A stretch of 64,000 nt of DNA from Schizochytrium sp. TIO01. Taxonomy: Eukaryota; Protista; Bigyra: Labyrinthulomycetes. The DNA is taken from positions 2,108,001-2,172,000 of the forward strand of contig SMSO01000036.1 of NCBI GenBank assembly GCA_004764695.1. The letters run 5' to 3'. The notes beneath the pieces are model-generated. The model did not search any database and was not told the origin of the DNA. It saw nothing but the letters and a program-made list of their open reading frames with translations. Made by a program: the position numbers and the translations under genes. Positions 1 to 12,156 of this stretch are shown piece after piece (position 1 is the stretch's first letter; each line of letters begins with the position of its first letter).

Positions 1-903
1 TCTTGCACTAAAAGAAACTAATTACCATTATGCAAACCAATCCGCATCCCTGTAGTCAAGGGGCTGCCAAGTCCAAAAAAGGACCTAGGTGGTCATTTGA
101 TCAGTCAAACTTGAGTGTATCAATCTACCCTTACTGATATGCTGTGACAATACAGATTATTGTTGTACAATTTACCGATTGCAACAGGAAAACTCGAGTC
201 TTGGCAATCGCGGTGCGGACTTAATTTATGGTGGCGCTTTCGTTGTCACCTTTGCCCTTGTTGAAATAGTTCATTTTTTCACAATAACAACGAAAATAAG
301 AAGATAACAAGATTGTCAAAGAAGATGGTGGATACCATGTTTCTTAGTATGAGTGTTGTTAGTAAATACTCTACAATGTACCTAGTAGCCAGTTAGAGTC
401 GTCATAGAGAACTTATCTAACTTTAGTTGATACCACCGGGAACCGAAAGCGACCTTATTGCCATATGGTTACATAAAATCTAGCTTAAGCACAATTATAT
501 AAGAAGAAGAAACGATGGGAGCACGTTTCTGGGTACTACGAGCATAATTCTCCAAGTTCCAGCCATGATCACAGAAGATGTCCCAAGTGCTGTCTTCCTT
601 GTTTTTTTAGTAAAACTTGTAATACCCTACTATGCAAAGCTTTATCCTACCCTAATAGGTCAGTCAAATGCTCCAAGTGCCAGTGGGACGATGCTTGTAT
701 TTATACGGGAACTCTGAGTACTCTAGTAAGGATATTATTATGATCATGGTTGAAATGGAATTGTGAAGGATCTGTGAAATACATTTATTTCATCTCGTTC
801 ACCAAGTTTCACCAAACTTAAGCAAACTTTCAACAAAATCGAAACGTTGCAATCGGTAAAGACATTTGACAAAGAGAAGCTAATTGCATCCAGCAGCGTC
901 AAC

Positions 904-1383
904 ATGAGTGCACTCAGGATTAGTAGCTTGGTGGTGGCGTGGGTCTTATTGGTTTTTGCCTGTCTTGCTATGGCAGGGTCATGGTACACCATTTCCTTTA
1001 CTGGGTCGGGCATGACAGTCTCATACAGCTACACACTCAAAGAGCTGGCAGATGAAAGCGATAGCGAGCAGCTGAAGTTCATTGATGCTGCCTTCGCGTG
1101 CAGCTGTGTTGCCTTAGCTTCTGCAGTTTTAGGTGCATGCGCAAACACTGCAGGTTTTTTTCTATCTGAGAAACGTAAGATTGGTTTCACTCTGGGTGCT
1201 GTCTTTAGTCTTCTGGTTGCAGTTACCTCAATTGTTGCGTTCGGAATTTTTGCGAATAATATGAAGCCTTATATGTCTGATTCTAGCAAGTACGGCTGGG
1301 GCTTTGGTTTGCAGTTTCTTGTCTTTTTATTTGGCATTGGAAACACAGTTCTCTCGATCCTTGCTGCTCGCGACAAGTCTTAA
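904..1383 (+). CDS. Small four-transmembrane protein (claudin/PMP22/amastin-like topology)
   Basis: ORF 847-1383 with first ATG at 904. Four hydrophobic segments, W after TM1 (GSWY) and YGWGF before TM4, as in claudin-like tetraspan proteins. Confidence 0.6.
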   Translation: MSALRISSLVVAWVLLVFACLAMAGSWYTISFTGSGMTVSYSYTLKELADESDSEQLKFIDAAFACSCVALASAVLGACANTAGFFLSEKRKIGFTLGAVFSLLVAVTSIVAFGIFANNMKPYMSDSSKYGWGFGLQFLVFLFGIGNTVLSILAARDKS

Positions 1384-1842
1384 ACGAATTTAAGGGCTAA
1401 ATATCTTGAAGTGAGTCATAAGTACTTGACCAAAGCGAAAATTGACTAACAGGTCAAAGGGAGTCTCCAACAAAAGTAGCAGCGGCTGTATATAATTAGA
1501 TATCACTAGCATTGTCTTTATCCTAAGATATTGGTTACCTCACAAGAAAATAATCGTTATGGATTTTATAGTTAAAAAAAAATATATGGTAAAGTTGAAT
1601 ATTCAGATTATTTTATACTTTGTCAACTCTGTCACGAAAGTGGTTTGGAGCTCCTCACTTTCATCCAATCCTTAATTTCATCACAAGTTCGTGATTCGTC
1701 CTCCTCTACAGTATACATGGTGGGATTGGCTTACTACCAGATATACATAGTATTTCCAATAGCTAGGTAGAGTTGTATAGCTTCTTCTTTTTTCTTTCTC
1801 TCCGAGTTTGTACTACTATAGTATTCTTTTATTGATTAATTT

Positions 1843-1864
1843 AAAAAAAAAAAAAAAAAAAAAA
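1843..1864. repeat. poly(A) tract
   Basis: Run of about 22 A seen directly. Confidence 0.9.
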
Positions 1865-2078
1865 CTTACCTATGGTATCTACGTATAATTCATCGAAAAA
1901 TCATTGAGATTCTTGAAAACCTATTCCAAGCAATCCTGCCAAGTCCTTTCACGCAGCTCTTGTCTGATTGGAACGAAGTAGCTTCGCGGTGGCAGTGGCC
2001 TCATCGCGCGTGTATTTCACTTGTCAAGGACTTGCTTTGGCTGTCGAAAAACAGGAAAACTGGGTGCTGCTTGGAGCT

Positions 2079-5000
2079 ATGCAACAGCTGACACAGCTGG
2101 GATCCAATGAGGCACCGTTATTAGCGCAGTCAGGGAGTAGTTCTTTTGACGTCAGCCATTCTCGACGCAGCGTGGAAAATGTTCGTCGCGGACCACGCCT
2201 CCGTGGTATTCGTAGCCGCGAGGAGCAAAAGGCTAATGCCCTCGGTACGTTCGAAGGCGTCTTCATGCCGTGCGTATCATCAATTTTGGGTGCCGTCCTC
2301 TTCGTTCGTATGAGCTGGGCTGTGGGTGAAGCAGGGTTCTTAGGAGTCATGACCATGCTTGCTGCAGGCACATTTGTGAATGTAATGACAGCCCTTAGCC
2401 TTGCTGCAATATCTACGAATGGTACAATGAAAGGCGGTGGCGCCTACTTTATGATCTCGAGAAGCATTGGGCCAGAACTTGGCGTCTCGGTAGGTGTTAT
2501 TTTCATGCTTTCACTTGCAGTATCTTCGGCTTTCAGCCTGATTGCCTTTGCAGAAACGTTTGTCAACTCCTTTATTTGTGATGCTGAGAGTGAAAACTGT
2601 ACAACTTTCGTGGAAAATCGTTCACTACTGATTGCGCTTATTGCGAGCCTTACACTTCTTGTCATGGCTATAGCAGCTGCCACGATTGGGCAAGCTGTTG
2701 GAAAGTTCACGAACCTTACAACATGCGTTATGATGGTTAGTATAATATTGGGAATCATTAGCCTCTTGTTTGTTCCCGGTGAGGAGTCAAATCCGTCAGG
2801 TGCTCGCTTTCTAGAAAATCTATGGTTTGATTTCACTACGGAACCATCATCTGATCCTTCAGCATCTTCAAGTGTTGCAGAAGACCAGACATTTCTAAGC
2901 GTTTTCGTGATTATTTTCCCTGCTTTCACTGGTATAACAGCGGGTGCCGGGTCATCAGGAAACCTCAGAGATCCTGGTGCATCAATAGGTCCAGGAACTT
3001 TACGTGCGATTGGTTTCACAGCAATATTATATGCTCTTCTCATGTTTGTCTTTGCGTTGACCCTACCCCGTGCCACACTAAAAGAGAATCGATCGATATT
3101 TAAAGATGAGTGTGTGGCGCCGTGGTTTATAGTTGTTGGGATTTTGGGATGTTCATTAACCGCTGCCGTTGGCAATTTGCAGTCAGCAGCAAGGCTCTTG
3201 CAGTCACTCGCAAGAGACGGTCTCTTGCCGTCTCTAAAACCGTTCACGCAAGGCTCGTCAAGGGATGATGAGCCACAGGTTGCGTTGCTTCTGTGTTGGC
3301 TAATCGCTCAGATATGCGTGCTCTATGGGCGCCTCGACGCGCTTGCATCATTGGTGACAGATTCGTTCCTCCTAGTGTACATTTTCCTGAATCTTGCCGT
3401 ATTTGCTTTGCGCATCGCTAGTGCACCGAATTTCAGGCCTCGATTCGCATACTTTTCATGGCACACAGCGCTTGCAGGAGCACTATCAGCACTTTTTATT
3501 ATGTTCATTACTTCACCTCAGCAGGGTATGCTAGCATTCTGCATGCTTGCCGGCCTAGCTTACTATGTGCACGTCACCGCACCTGTGACTCCATGGGGTG
3601 ATGTGTCTCAAGCACTTATTTATCATCAAGTCAGAAAATACTTACTGCGGCTTGACCTTCGTCGGAGCCACCCAAAGTTCTGGCGCCCTTCCGTACTCTT
3701 CCTGCCCCGGTACCCGCGTGGCCAACTTGCACTCTTGGATTTCTGCAACAATCTTAAAAAGGGCGGACTCTATGTCGTTGGTAATGTTCTCATCTCTCAA
3801 TTTCACAAAAAAGGTGTCATGACAGAAATGCCCGACTATGCGATTGCATGTGATCGCCTCAAAAAACTTTGGGCAGATCTACTTCATGTGACGGGAACCA
3901 AAGCATTCCACGAAGCTGTTTTGGCACCCACCTTTGTTCAAGGTATGCGAAGTTTGCTTATGACATCCGGCCTTGGGGGCTTACGTCCTAATACAGTCTG
4001 TCTTCAATTTTACGAACCACGTAGCAATCAAGGGGAAGGGGCGTCTTCGTCTATGCGGGCTTCATCATCACTACCATCCTCATCATCGATGACAACCCCA
4101 CAGGAAGCACCATTTTTGTCTAGACCTAATAACTACAGGGAGGGCGAATCGCAGAATTTAGGGAATGCGATATTTGACAACTCTCTGCAACTACCAAATG
4201 AGTACGTTGTTGACCGTGAGCCACGCCAAAGTCAACCAAGTATGAATATGAACACCGCTGCAGAATACACTTCATTTGGGTCAGCCAAAGCTTCTAGTCT
4301 TCTGCTCAATATTAATCACCTCATCTCAACCTTTGCAGAGGATGCTATTGAGGAGTCAGAGGAGGAAGCACAGATGAGTTTTTGTGAGACACTGGCCGAT
4401 GTACTTGTCCTGGAAAAAAACCTGCTTGTTGCGCGCCATTTCGAGCTTCTTAACAAAGACCTCATCATGGATTATAAACGACGCCGGCGGGCTGCTGCAG
4501 CTCGCCAAAGCAAACGATTCTTCTTTAGATCGCCTGCTTCGTTTAGATTTCGCTTCCGTGTCTCTGGAAGTGTCCGAGGCCGCGAGGAGGACGCAGGTTC
4601 AGGTGACGCCTATGAACGAAATCTGGAAGGTGAAGATGATTATAGCGATAGAACTTATGACCATACCCGGTCAGATAGCGATGATCAAGAATCGATTGCA
4701 ACACACCTTACAGACATGGATTCTACACGACATTTTCGTCAGGATTCCTCCATTAACAATGATCCCGAATATAATAGGAATATTGAAATTGGCGGTGAGG
4801 ACCAATTTTTTGAAAGTGAGCTAGACAAATTCACAACGATTGATTTGTGGTCAACTGATGAATCGGACTGGAATGATCCTTCAGGATCTTTGGCTCTGCA
4901 AATGCAATTAGCATTTGGCCTACATCGGTGTGATATCTGGGAAGATCATACCAAACTTCGAGTTATCGCTGCCTGTCCTAGTGTCACCGACTCTCGTGGC

Positions 5001-5423
5001 TCAGAGGAGGCTCGGCAGAGCGCCCTAAAGGCTTACGAGACGCTTAGACGTTTGTTACGTGCAATTCGTGTTGAAGCTGATATCCTCGTGCTTCCTGCGG
5101 TTGGCGCAGCTCTATTTGAAGAGCATACCATTCCTGGAGAGGACGGAAGGCCACCGAAACATCTCCGAAGAGATCGACGTTCACAGCCCTTAACTCAACT
5201 TGAACACTGTGCAGAGCTCAATGCTATGGTACAAGAGCACAGTGGTGATAAAGCCTGTGTCGTATTCCTTCCTCTTCCTCGGCCACCGAGTCACTCACGA
5301 ATCAACCCCAGGAGTGCAACTCGATATGTTGAAAATTTGCAAGTTCTCACACAGTGCCTTCCACCTGTGATTCTTGCTTGCCCAGGCTCTAACATTGAGC
5401 CTATTGTCACCACCGAGCTTTAG
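2079..5423 (+). CDS. SLC12A9: Cation-chloride cotransporter, SLC12A9/Vhc1-like
   Basis: Motifs LGTFEGVFMPC..ILG..LFVR, GGGAYFMISRSIGPELG, IFPAFTGI, APNFRPRF, WGDVSQALIYHQVRKYLLRLD, KFWRP, NNLKKGGLYV. About 12 TM helices plus a cytosolic C-terminal domain. First ATG is at 2079 (ORF track starts at TTG 1968). Confidence 0.9.
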   Translation: MQQLTQLGSNEAPLLAQSGSSSFDVSHSRRSVENVRRGPRLRGIRSREEQKANALGTFEGVFMPCVSSILGAVLFVRMSWAVGEAGFLGVMTMLAAGTFVNVMTALSLAAISTNGTMKGGGAYFMISRSIGPELGVSVGVIFMLSLAVSSAFSLIAFAETFVNSFICDAESENCTTFVENRSLLIALIASLTLLVMAIAAATIGQAVGKFTNLTTCVMMVSIILGIISLLFVPGEESNPSGARFLENLWFDFTTEPSSDPSASSSVAEDQTFLSVFVIIFPAFTGITAGAGSSGNLRDPGASIGPGTLRAIGFTAILYALLMFVFALTLPRATLKENRSIFKDECVAPWFIVVGILGCSLTAAVGNLQSAARLLQSLARDGLLPSLKPFTQGSSRDDEPQVALLLCWLIAQICVLYGRLDALASLVTDSFLLVYIFLNLAVFALRIASAPNFRPRFAYFSWHTALAGALSALFIMFITSPQQGMLAFCMLAGLAYYVHVTAPVTPWGDVSQALIYHQVRKYLLRLDLRRSHPKFWRPSVLFLPRYPRGQLALLDFCNNLKKGGLYVVGNVLISQFHKKGVMTEMPDYAIACDRLKKLWADLLHVTGTKAFHEAVLAPTFVQGMRSLLMTSGLGGLRPNTVCLQFYEPRSNQGEGASSSMRASSSLPSSSSMTTPQEAPFLSRPNNYREGESQNLGNAIFDNSLQLPNEYVVDREPRQSQPSMNMNTAAEYTSFGSAKASSLLLNINHLISTFAEDAIEESEEEAQMSFCETLADVLVLEKNLLVARHFELLNKDLIMDYKRRRRAAAARQSKRFFFRSPASFRFRFRVSGSVRGREEDAGSGDAYERNLEGEDDYSDRTYDHTRSDSDDQESIATHLTDMDSTRHFRQDSSINNDPEYNRNIEIGGEDQFFESELDKFTTIDLWSTDESDWNDPSGSLALQMQLAFGLHRCDIWEDHTKLRVIAACPSVTDSRGSEEARQSALKAYETLRRLLRAIRVEADILVLPAVGAALFEEHTIPGEDGRPPKHLRRDRRSQPLTQLEHCAELNAMVQEHSGDKACVVFLPLPRPPSHSRINPRSATRYVENLQVLTQCLPPVILACPGSNIEPIVTTEL

Positions 5424-5635
5424 GTCATCCTGTAAAAAACAGAAGAAAAAAGCAAAGCAAGTAAGAATGCAAGCAGAAATAGATTTTTACACCTTTTAAG
5501 CTTTGGACATTTGTCTTTCTTAGATCGATGAATGCAATAAAAGTGAAAGTAATATAGCACAAAACAAGTCTACCGTTCATTAGAATTTTTCTTACGAGGT
5601 CTATGCAAATAAAGAGTAAAGTGCCCATGTGAAAT

Positions 5636-8002
5636 CTAGCGCTTTTGCATCCTACCTCGCATGGCGTTGTTTCCGGATCCGCGCACAAGCCGTGTTGGCT
5701 TTGCTTTTGTGTCTTTGCAACGAGGAATGTGACGTTCAGCGGCCTTTTCGTTAAATGTACGTCCACAGTGAGGGCAAGGAACAAGATCATTGTCTGCAAC
5801 ACTAGAGGGTGCTGGGGGGATTGATGAAATGTCTCTTCCCTCCGCCTCAGCCTTGCTCAACATTCTATTGTACTTCATAGCCTCGCGAAGAGCTTGAGAC
5901 TGTTGCTTCCATTTGTTTCCTTTTTTGGCCGGTTTTGCTGGAGCTACTTTAGACACTGCTCTTGATTTACTTGGCCGAGTCTCGCGTTGTGCATTTTGCA
6001 AGGTCCGAGCATCTTCAGGGTTCTTCATGACATCCTGAAGTCGTGCATTCTTGGCGTCAAAAGTCTCTCGCTTCTGCATAAAAACTTTGTTGCAAACTTT
6101 TGAGTGTTTTGTGAGAACTGTTTTTCGAAACTTGCGGCCACAGCTGCTGCATGGAAATAGAGGCTCGGGAGGTGCATACTCTGGAATTTCGTTTCCAGAG
6201 TCTGAAGCGCTTTGGCCATTTGCTGGAATATCGTCCAAAGAGGTGCGAGGCTGCTCGGTTTGAGGAGAGGCTTCAGCTTCTGCGCCGGGCATAAACATTC
6301 CCCGATAGGGGGCTTGTGCCGGAGCCGCACCTGTCTGCTGACGATTATTACTCTGAGGCTGTGGTTGCCTGCTCCGCGGTCCACGTTTCTCGGTTAGGTT
6401 CGAGCTCGTGTGGCGAGGTTGCGGTGCAGAGAGGCAGGACGTACCTTGTTCAAGCTCATGCATACCGTTATACGTTTGTTTTTGCTTTGAGCTATGCATT
6501 TGGTCAATGAAGTCTTCGTTGTCTCCGCGAAGTTCTCGACGCATTGCATCTACTGCGAAAGGATCCCGGCTTGCCTGCTTTCTAGCGCTCATAGGATCAG
6601 GACTATCTCGGCTTTCTGGCCCATCATCAAGTGGACCGCGCCATTCACTTCGGCGACGACTTGCCGAGTTAGTTTGTCCGCGACGATTGGGACGCATACG
6701 AGGTTCGCGAATATCTGAAACTTCAGGCTCTGGGTTAACATTGCCAAAAACACCTTGTTCATTATCCAGGGCTTCATCCTCAGGAGTTGCAAAGTCGCTA
6801 TTCCAAGGAGGACGACTGGGTTTCTTTTTCTTTTTCGCCCCTCGGGCCTGGCCTTCGTTAGATTCTTGCCCAAAACAACTAGCGGAGGTGTGAGTATCAG
6901 ATGGAGGCTGATAACTAAGGTGCGCATTACACTGTGAACAAGCACACCCAGATTGTCTCGTACAAACATCTAAAGCATGTGATTGTTGTCTTGGCATAGA
7001 CATTGTAGGTACAGATGCTGGGGCTGAAACCGAAGACGAAGTTGTAGACGAAAAGGTTGCTGCATTCATTGTAGCGGCCATGCGAGGTCTTGATGTTGAA
7101 GAGTTGCCAGCACTTCTAGTAGGGGTTCGGCGACGAGTTGCACTTGGGCTAGCGAGTTTATTCTTTAGAAGGACAAGGCGACTTGCACCTCCAAGGTTAT
7201 CACTCTCTAAATTATTCGCCGAAACAGGTGTAGAGGTTTGACGGGATGCTGGCATTGTTTGAGCGTGAACAATATTCATATCAAGATCATGTTCAAATTG
7301 ATTTCGGCTGCGCTGGCGCGGCATACCAACGTGCGGAGAAGCCGTAGCAGCAAATTCATACGACAAGTCGTTGTTTACATATGCATCTCCAAAGTTATTG
7401 TTGTTGCTCATAGCATTGTTAAGATTTATTGAGCCATTAGCAAGGCCACTTCGTGCAGGCTCCTGACGCCCGTGGCGGTGCATTTCGTTTGAAAGCGAGT
7501 CGAAACGAGGAGAAGAACTTTTCCGTTCATACTCTGATGGGTCAGAAGTGTCGACAAGATATTGGCTGTGGGGAGCATGTTGCGATACAATCGCCTGCCC
7601 AGCATAGCTCATCCGTCCTTTCCGTGGAACAGGGGCGTGATTTATTCCAAAACTGTCAACACTGCCTTTGCTACTAACACTCCCAGCACTTGTTTTCCGG
7701 TTTAGTGAATAAAGTGGCATGCTCGTTTCATCACGTGTAGATTCCGTACGGGTAGGGTCGTAGTGAAAATCATTGATAAAATCTTGTGAATATTCTGATG
7801 TCGATTGCATTCCGCTGGATCCAGTCGAGGGTTGTACGTTATTGAATCTTTGCGGCACGAATGTGCAATCCTCGGAAAGCGCCCCACGTTTACGCTCTTC
7901 ACGAAGACGTTTGGCATGCTCGATTTTGGCTTGACGTTCAGCAGCCCAATCTTTGGCGGCAGATGCATTTCGTTCAGCATATCGCCCTGCATATGTACTC
8001 AT
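5636..8002 (-). CDS. Zinc finger C2HC domain-containing protein (ZC2HC1/FAM164-like) with long disordered N-terminus
   Basis: Two C-terminal C2HC fingers (PCSSCGRKF...KHSKVC and PCPHCGRTFNEKAAERHIPRC) with KWKQQS...REAM between them. First ATG at 8002. Confidence 0.85.
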   Translation of the reverse strand: MSTYAGRYAERNASAAKDWAAERQAKIEHAKRLREERKRGALSEDCTFVPQRFNNVQPSTGSSGMQSTSEYSQDFINDFHYDPTRTESTRDETSMPLYSLNRKTSAGSVSSKGSVDSFGINHAPVPRKGRMSYAGQAIVSQHAPHSQYLVDTSDPSEYERKSSSPRFDSLSNEMHRHGRQEPARSGLANGSINLNNAMSNNNNFGDAYVNNDLSYEFAATASPHVGMPRQRSRNQFEHDLDMNIVHAQTMPASRQTSTPVSANNLESDNLGGASRLVLLKNKLASPSATRRRTPTRSAGNSSTSRPRMAATMNAATFSSTTSSSVSAPASVPTMSMPRQQSHALDVCTRQSGCACSQCNAHLSYQPPSDTHTSASCFGQESNEGQARGAKKKKKPSRPPWNSDFATPEDEALDNEQGVFGNVNPEPEVSDIREPRMRPNRRGQTNSASRRRSEWRGPLDDGPESRDSPDPMSARKQASRDPFAVDAMRRELRGDNEDFIDQMHSSKQKQTYNGMHELEQGTSCLSAPQPRHTSSNLTEKRGPRSRQPQPQSNNRQQTGAAPAQAPYRGMFMPGAEAEASPQTEQPRTSLDDIPANGQSASDSGNEIPEYAPPEPLFPCSSCGRKFRKTVLTKHSKVCNKVFMQKRETFDAKNARLQDVMKNPEDARTLQNAQRETRPSKSRAVSKVAPAKPAKKGNKWKQQSQALREAMKYNRMLSKAEAEGRDISSIPPAPSSVADNDLVPCPHCGRTFNEKAAERHIPRCKDTKAKPTRLVRGSGNNAMRGRMQKR

Positions 8003-9682
8003 GATTCTCTCCCGCGATATACTTCTTACCAAGTTGCGATCTCGTTGCGAGAGAAAATAGTACTCGCCAATAAAAAGTCAACCCCTAGATGAATATCGTC
8101 TGTTCAGGGATTTCTTCTGCAGTACACAAACCACTGTCAGCAGTGAGGCATATAAGAGTCGAATAAAGACCTACAAATCGATTTTCAAGAGCACGCTTCT
8201 ATTCTTTGAGGACAATACCTTTTCTGCTTTCTCCTTTACAGCAACGCTGTTAGGGATCCTTTTCTGCAAAGCTTTACCAATTTTGTAGTGCAGGTCCTCT
8301 TGATTTCTAACGCGCAGCAGCACAGTGGAAGCAAGTTTGTAACAAGTCCATTAAATGGAGGCCAGCCGAGGGTCGCAGCGAAAGAAGAACCGGGTCTTCT
8401 TGTGCAGACTGAACGAGCAGAATCCAAAGCACCACGGCACTTTTCTTGTTCCTCTAACCCTCTGGACTGCCCAGGCTAGAGAAGTGCCTCCAGTAAACCC
8501 AAAACCTTGGGAGGAAAGGTATGGGAGTCGTGGTTTCTTCGTGACGATCTGAACTCGGCCTGCCCGCCAAGTCCTCTTCGCCGCGCCGGGTTTTGGGCGC
8601 CTTGCGAAAGGCAGCTTCGACGATAACGTGCCGTTACTTCGTCGTTCCCCGCATTCCCTACTTTGGAGAGTACGCAAAACAGGTCGTGTTAGACCCCATG
8701 GGGTCCCCAGATGCTATTTTGTGTACCAATACATAGAGGGCAATTAATTGATGGGTACACTGCCATTCGGAGAGTCGCTGCATCAGAACTTATTCGTGTG
8801 TTTAGATTCATTGAGAAATGCAAGGTGCCGAATGTAAAATTGACTGACTGACATTATCCATGAAGGACTCTGTGCGTATCAGAATAGGCGGATCAGAGCT
8901 GAGGGTTGCGAGGAAGCATTGTGGATTCTGAACAGAGAGCGGTTCGGACTGGAAACAGGGTAATTATCCGTTGAAGTTGAAATTGCAGGCTTTTCTTTTT
9001 GTAAGGTGCGATTTGGTGCCCTGGTTTGCTTGAGGTTGTGCAGCAATATGGTTTGTTGCAGCCAGCCATACACATACAAGTTTAGCGGGAGTTGGCCAGA
9101 TAAAAGTCGCCACCTTCGAGAAGTTGTACAAATGTCGTACCAATCATTGCCGAATAACATACGTCGTCATGGAGGTCATATTCCAAGACGAATACAATAT
9201 TAAAGGAAGTGAATATTCTGTTGGATGAAGGCGACGAATAAAAATTAATCACAATTTGTATACCTTATTTGAAAAACATAATTTAAGAAAATATATTCAG
9301 GAGTATGTCGACTGAAGGTTGGCGAGATCTTTCAGTCGAATCAAATTTTACGCTACTGTCGCAAAGTGGTACATCGACACAATGCGAGTTTACCTATTGA
9401 GAATGCTTACAAAGGTTTTCATGCTATTCCTTTGTTTGATATCTCCCCTTGAATCTCCGGAAAATCTCCAAAAAGTATGGACCAAAATAAATCTTGGAAA
9501 AGTATTTTATTGTGCAGCAAAGTTCTAGGAGCGCATCAAAACTAATCTCTGTAGCTGCAACTACTAGTGCCTAGCAGCAAAACACTGCTAAGCGACTATA
9601 GCATTGGTCACATCACCTGTTGACCGGAATTCAGAAAGCGAAAGTGTTTTCGGACTATTCTTCTCTGGTGCTTTACATTAAA

Positions 9683-9684
<2 letters not shown>

Positions 9685-9715
<31 letters not shown>
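9685..9715. repeat. poly(A) tract
   Basis: Run of about 30 A seen directly. Confidence 0.9.
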
Positions 9716-9716
<1 letters not shown>

Positions 9717-10959
9717 AACATGATGGGTGCAGATCTCAAGTCGCGGGCATTGTTAGCCTCAACCAGGGCACTATTGTGTGGTTTCTCTGGGGTATTAGGT
9801 GAAATTTAGATAGGATGCATGCGAAGAGCATTTTTGTAAAGTGCGTGTGTGCTCTACGCCTCATCTCATGTAAAAGGTTTTGGAACGGATCTGTGCTTTA
9901 GGAAAAAAAGTTAAAAAATAAAATAAAAATTAAAAATAACGAGATACGATGCAGGGCTGGACGAGAGAAGGCTTTGAAATGTACGCATTACAATTTATAT
10001 CGCGATGAGTAAATCTGGTAAGTTGGCGAGCGAGTTCAATGTTAGGGTGGAGGGGAAAGAATCATATACACCTCCACTTTACCGTACGGGCTCTCCAGAC
10101 GCAAAATATAGAACACGGTTGTTTGAGAAGAGGTGCCAAGAATACTCGTGCCAGGACGTAGCTCCGAGCAATTGTAACACGAGACAGAAAAGAAAAAGGA
10201 AAAAAAAGTATCAAGCAGTATGCTGTGTTACGGTGTGCTCTAATACCTAATACAGCCTTATATGGTGGGTAATCTGTAAACCCTAGCGCGGAATCAAAGT
10301 CAGCTAGCGCGGAGTAAGAGCTGTCCAGTCCGCACTTCCAGCTAGTGCAGATAGCGTGACATAAAATAGAGTCCTCAAAGTGGACAGCACGTGAAGCTAG
10401 GTTCTCAGCAGGATTGACCAAACAAGCATTCTTCCTCCCCTTCTTACGAAGGCCAGGGGCCGACTACGTTTTGGTGGCAGTACCAAGGGCAATAACCTGT
10501 GTGAAAGCACGCATACAGACTCAAACTTGTACAAACGGATTGACTGGATACACATCCTCATTTGTGACTCAAATTTGGCGTTGTGTGCAAGCCAGCCGTC
10601 CGCTTCTTGTACATATTAGTTACAAAGTATAGAAGAGGCGTAGACAGGACTCGTTTCGTTTCAGGCTCCAGTCTTCTTCTTCGCAGCATAATACCAAGGG
10701 AAGATAGGTTGTTGCAATAGCCACGAAGAGCTCTTGGTCAAAGCAAGTGCAGCGCTATCCATCAGGCTGCGAGGGACGTGGCCACTGAAGATTTACTTTA
10801 GAACGAGGTTCGCCATCTCTGTTGCGAGGCACGGAGCAAGTCTTCTTCTAAAAAAGCCTCTGGTATTACACCCTCTTGCTGCGAGGGGCGCTTCTTATCC
10901 GCCGTAGCTAGCAGGACAACTTCGCGAACTAAACAGCTGCTCAAACTCTGCCTGGCAAT

Positions 10960-12156
10960 ATGCAATCAATTCGGAAAGCTTTAGGCGGATCACGGACATC
11001 AACAGCCCATCTCACAGCAGATGGGTTTTCCGTCATTCAGGGAGGCACCTCTCAGTCAGGAGAGAACGGCATCAAGATCAAGAATGCGCACTTGAACAAT
11101 TTTGAGCTTGGCACAACGCTCGGTACTGGCACGTTCGGTCGAGTTAGGCTCGTGGACTACATCTCAAAGACCGATGCATCCACCCACGTCTACGCTATGA
11201 AAATTTTGAAGAAGACCGAAATTCTGCGTTTAAAGCAATTAGCTCATGTAAAAAATGAGATTGAGCTCCTTGGCGAGCTCGATCATCCTTTCATCGTTAA
11301 CATGGTGAGCTTTTTTCAGGACGAATCACGCGTTTATATGATTCTTGAATATGTTCCAGGTGGAGAATTGTTTACATACCTTCGTAACGAAGGCCGCTTG
11401 CAGAATGATGAAGCCAACTTTTATGCTGCGCAGATTGTGCTGGCTTTTGGTTATTTACACAGCCGTGACGTGGCTTACAGAGATTTGAAACCGGAAAACC
11501 TCCTTATTACTAGGACGGGCTATCTTAAAATCGCGGACTTTGGGTTTGCAAAGAAGATCAAAGATCGCACTTTCACGCTCTGTGGAACTCCCGAGTACCT
11601 TGCTCCTGAAATTATTCAAAGTAAGGGTCATGGTTGTCCAGCAGACTGGTGGGCTTTAGGTGTTCTCATCTTCGAAATGTTGGCTGGGTTTCCACCTTTT
11701 TATGCAGAATCTGCCATTGGTATTTATCAACGAATCCTACATGGTGCAGTAGATTATCCTCAGCACATTGAAGGCTCCGCAGTGCAACTCTTGAAGAAAT
11801 TACTACAGGCAGACTTAACGAAACGCATTGGTTGCTTAAAGAACGGTGTTACTGATATTGTGCGAAGCAAGTGGTTTGCAAACACAGACTTTCGAGCAAT
11901 CTTCCAAGAAAAACAAGCACCTGCTTACATCCCAACTGTTTTAGATGAGAAAGATACCTCTAATTTTGATCAGTATCCTGAGAGCAAGCCAGGTTCTACC
12001 AAACCTCCCCATCCTGAAGATGCGTCAAAGTTTGATGAGTTTGATGAAATACTGCAGCGTCTCGAAAATATCCATATCACCACTGATAAGCCAGAAGAAG
12101 AATATGCCCAGCAAGCTGATCAGCAGCAACAACTCGTGGAAGAAGTAAAACCATAA
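10960..12156 (+). CDS. cAMP-dependent protein kinase catalytic subunit (PKA-C / PRKX-like)
   Basis: LGTGTFGRV, YAMK, YRDLKPEN, DFGFAK, RTFTLCGTPEYLAPE, DWWALG and AGC tail DTSNFDQY...FDEF. Confidence 0.93.
   Translation: MQSIRKALGGSRTSTAHLTADGFSVIQGGTSQSGENGIKIKNAHLNNFELGTTLGTGTFGRVRLVDYISKTDASTHVYAMKILKKTEILRLKQLAHVKNEIELLGELDHPFIVNMVSFFQDESRVYMILEYVPGGELFTYLRNEGRLQNDEANFYAAQIVLAFGYLHSRDVAYRDLKPENLLITRTGYLKIADFGFAKKIKDRTFTLCGTPEYLAPEIIQSKGHGCPADWWALGVLIFEMLAGFPPFYAESAIGIYQRILHGAVDYPQHIEGSAVQLLKKLLQADLTKRIGCLKNGVTDIVRSKWFANTDFRAIFQEKQAPAYIPTVLDEKDTSNFDQYPESKPGSTKPPHPEDASKFDEFDEILQRLENIHITTDKPEEEYAQQADQQQQLVEEVKP

Noticed and set aside
8236-10900. Many short ORFs between the ZC2HC1-like and PKA genes
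   Set aside because: No motifs. Consistent with divergent promoter/UTR sequence and chance ORFs.
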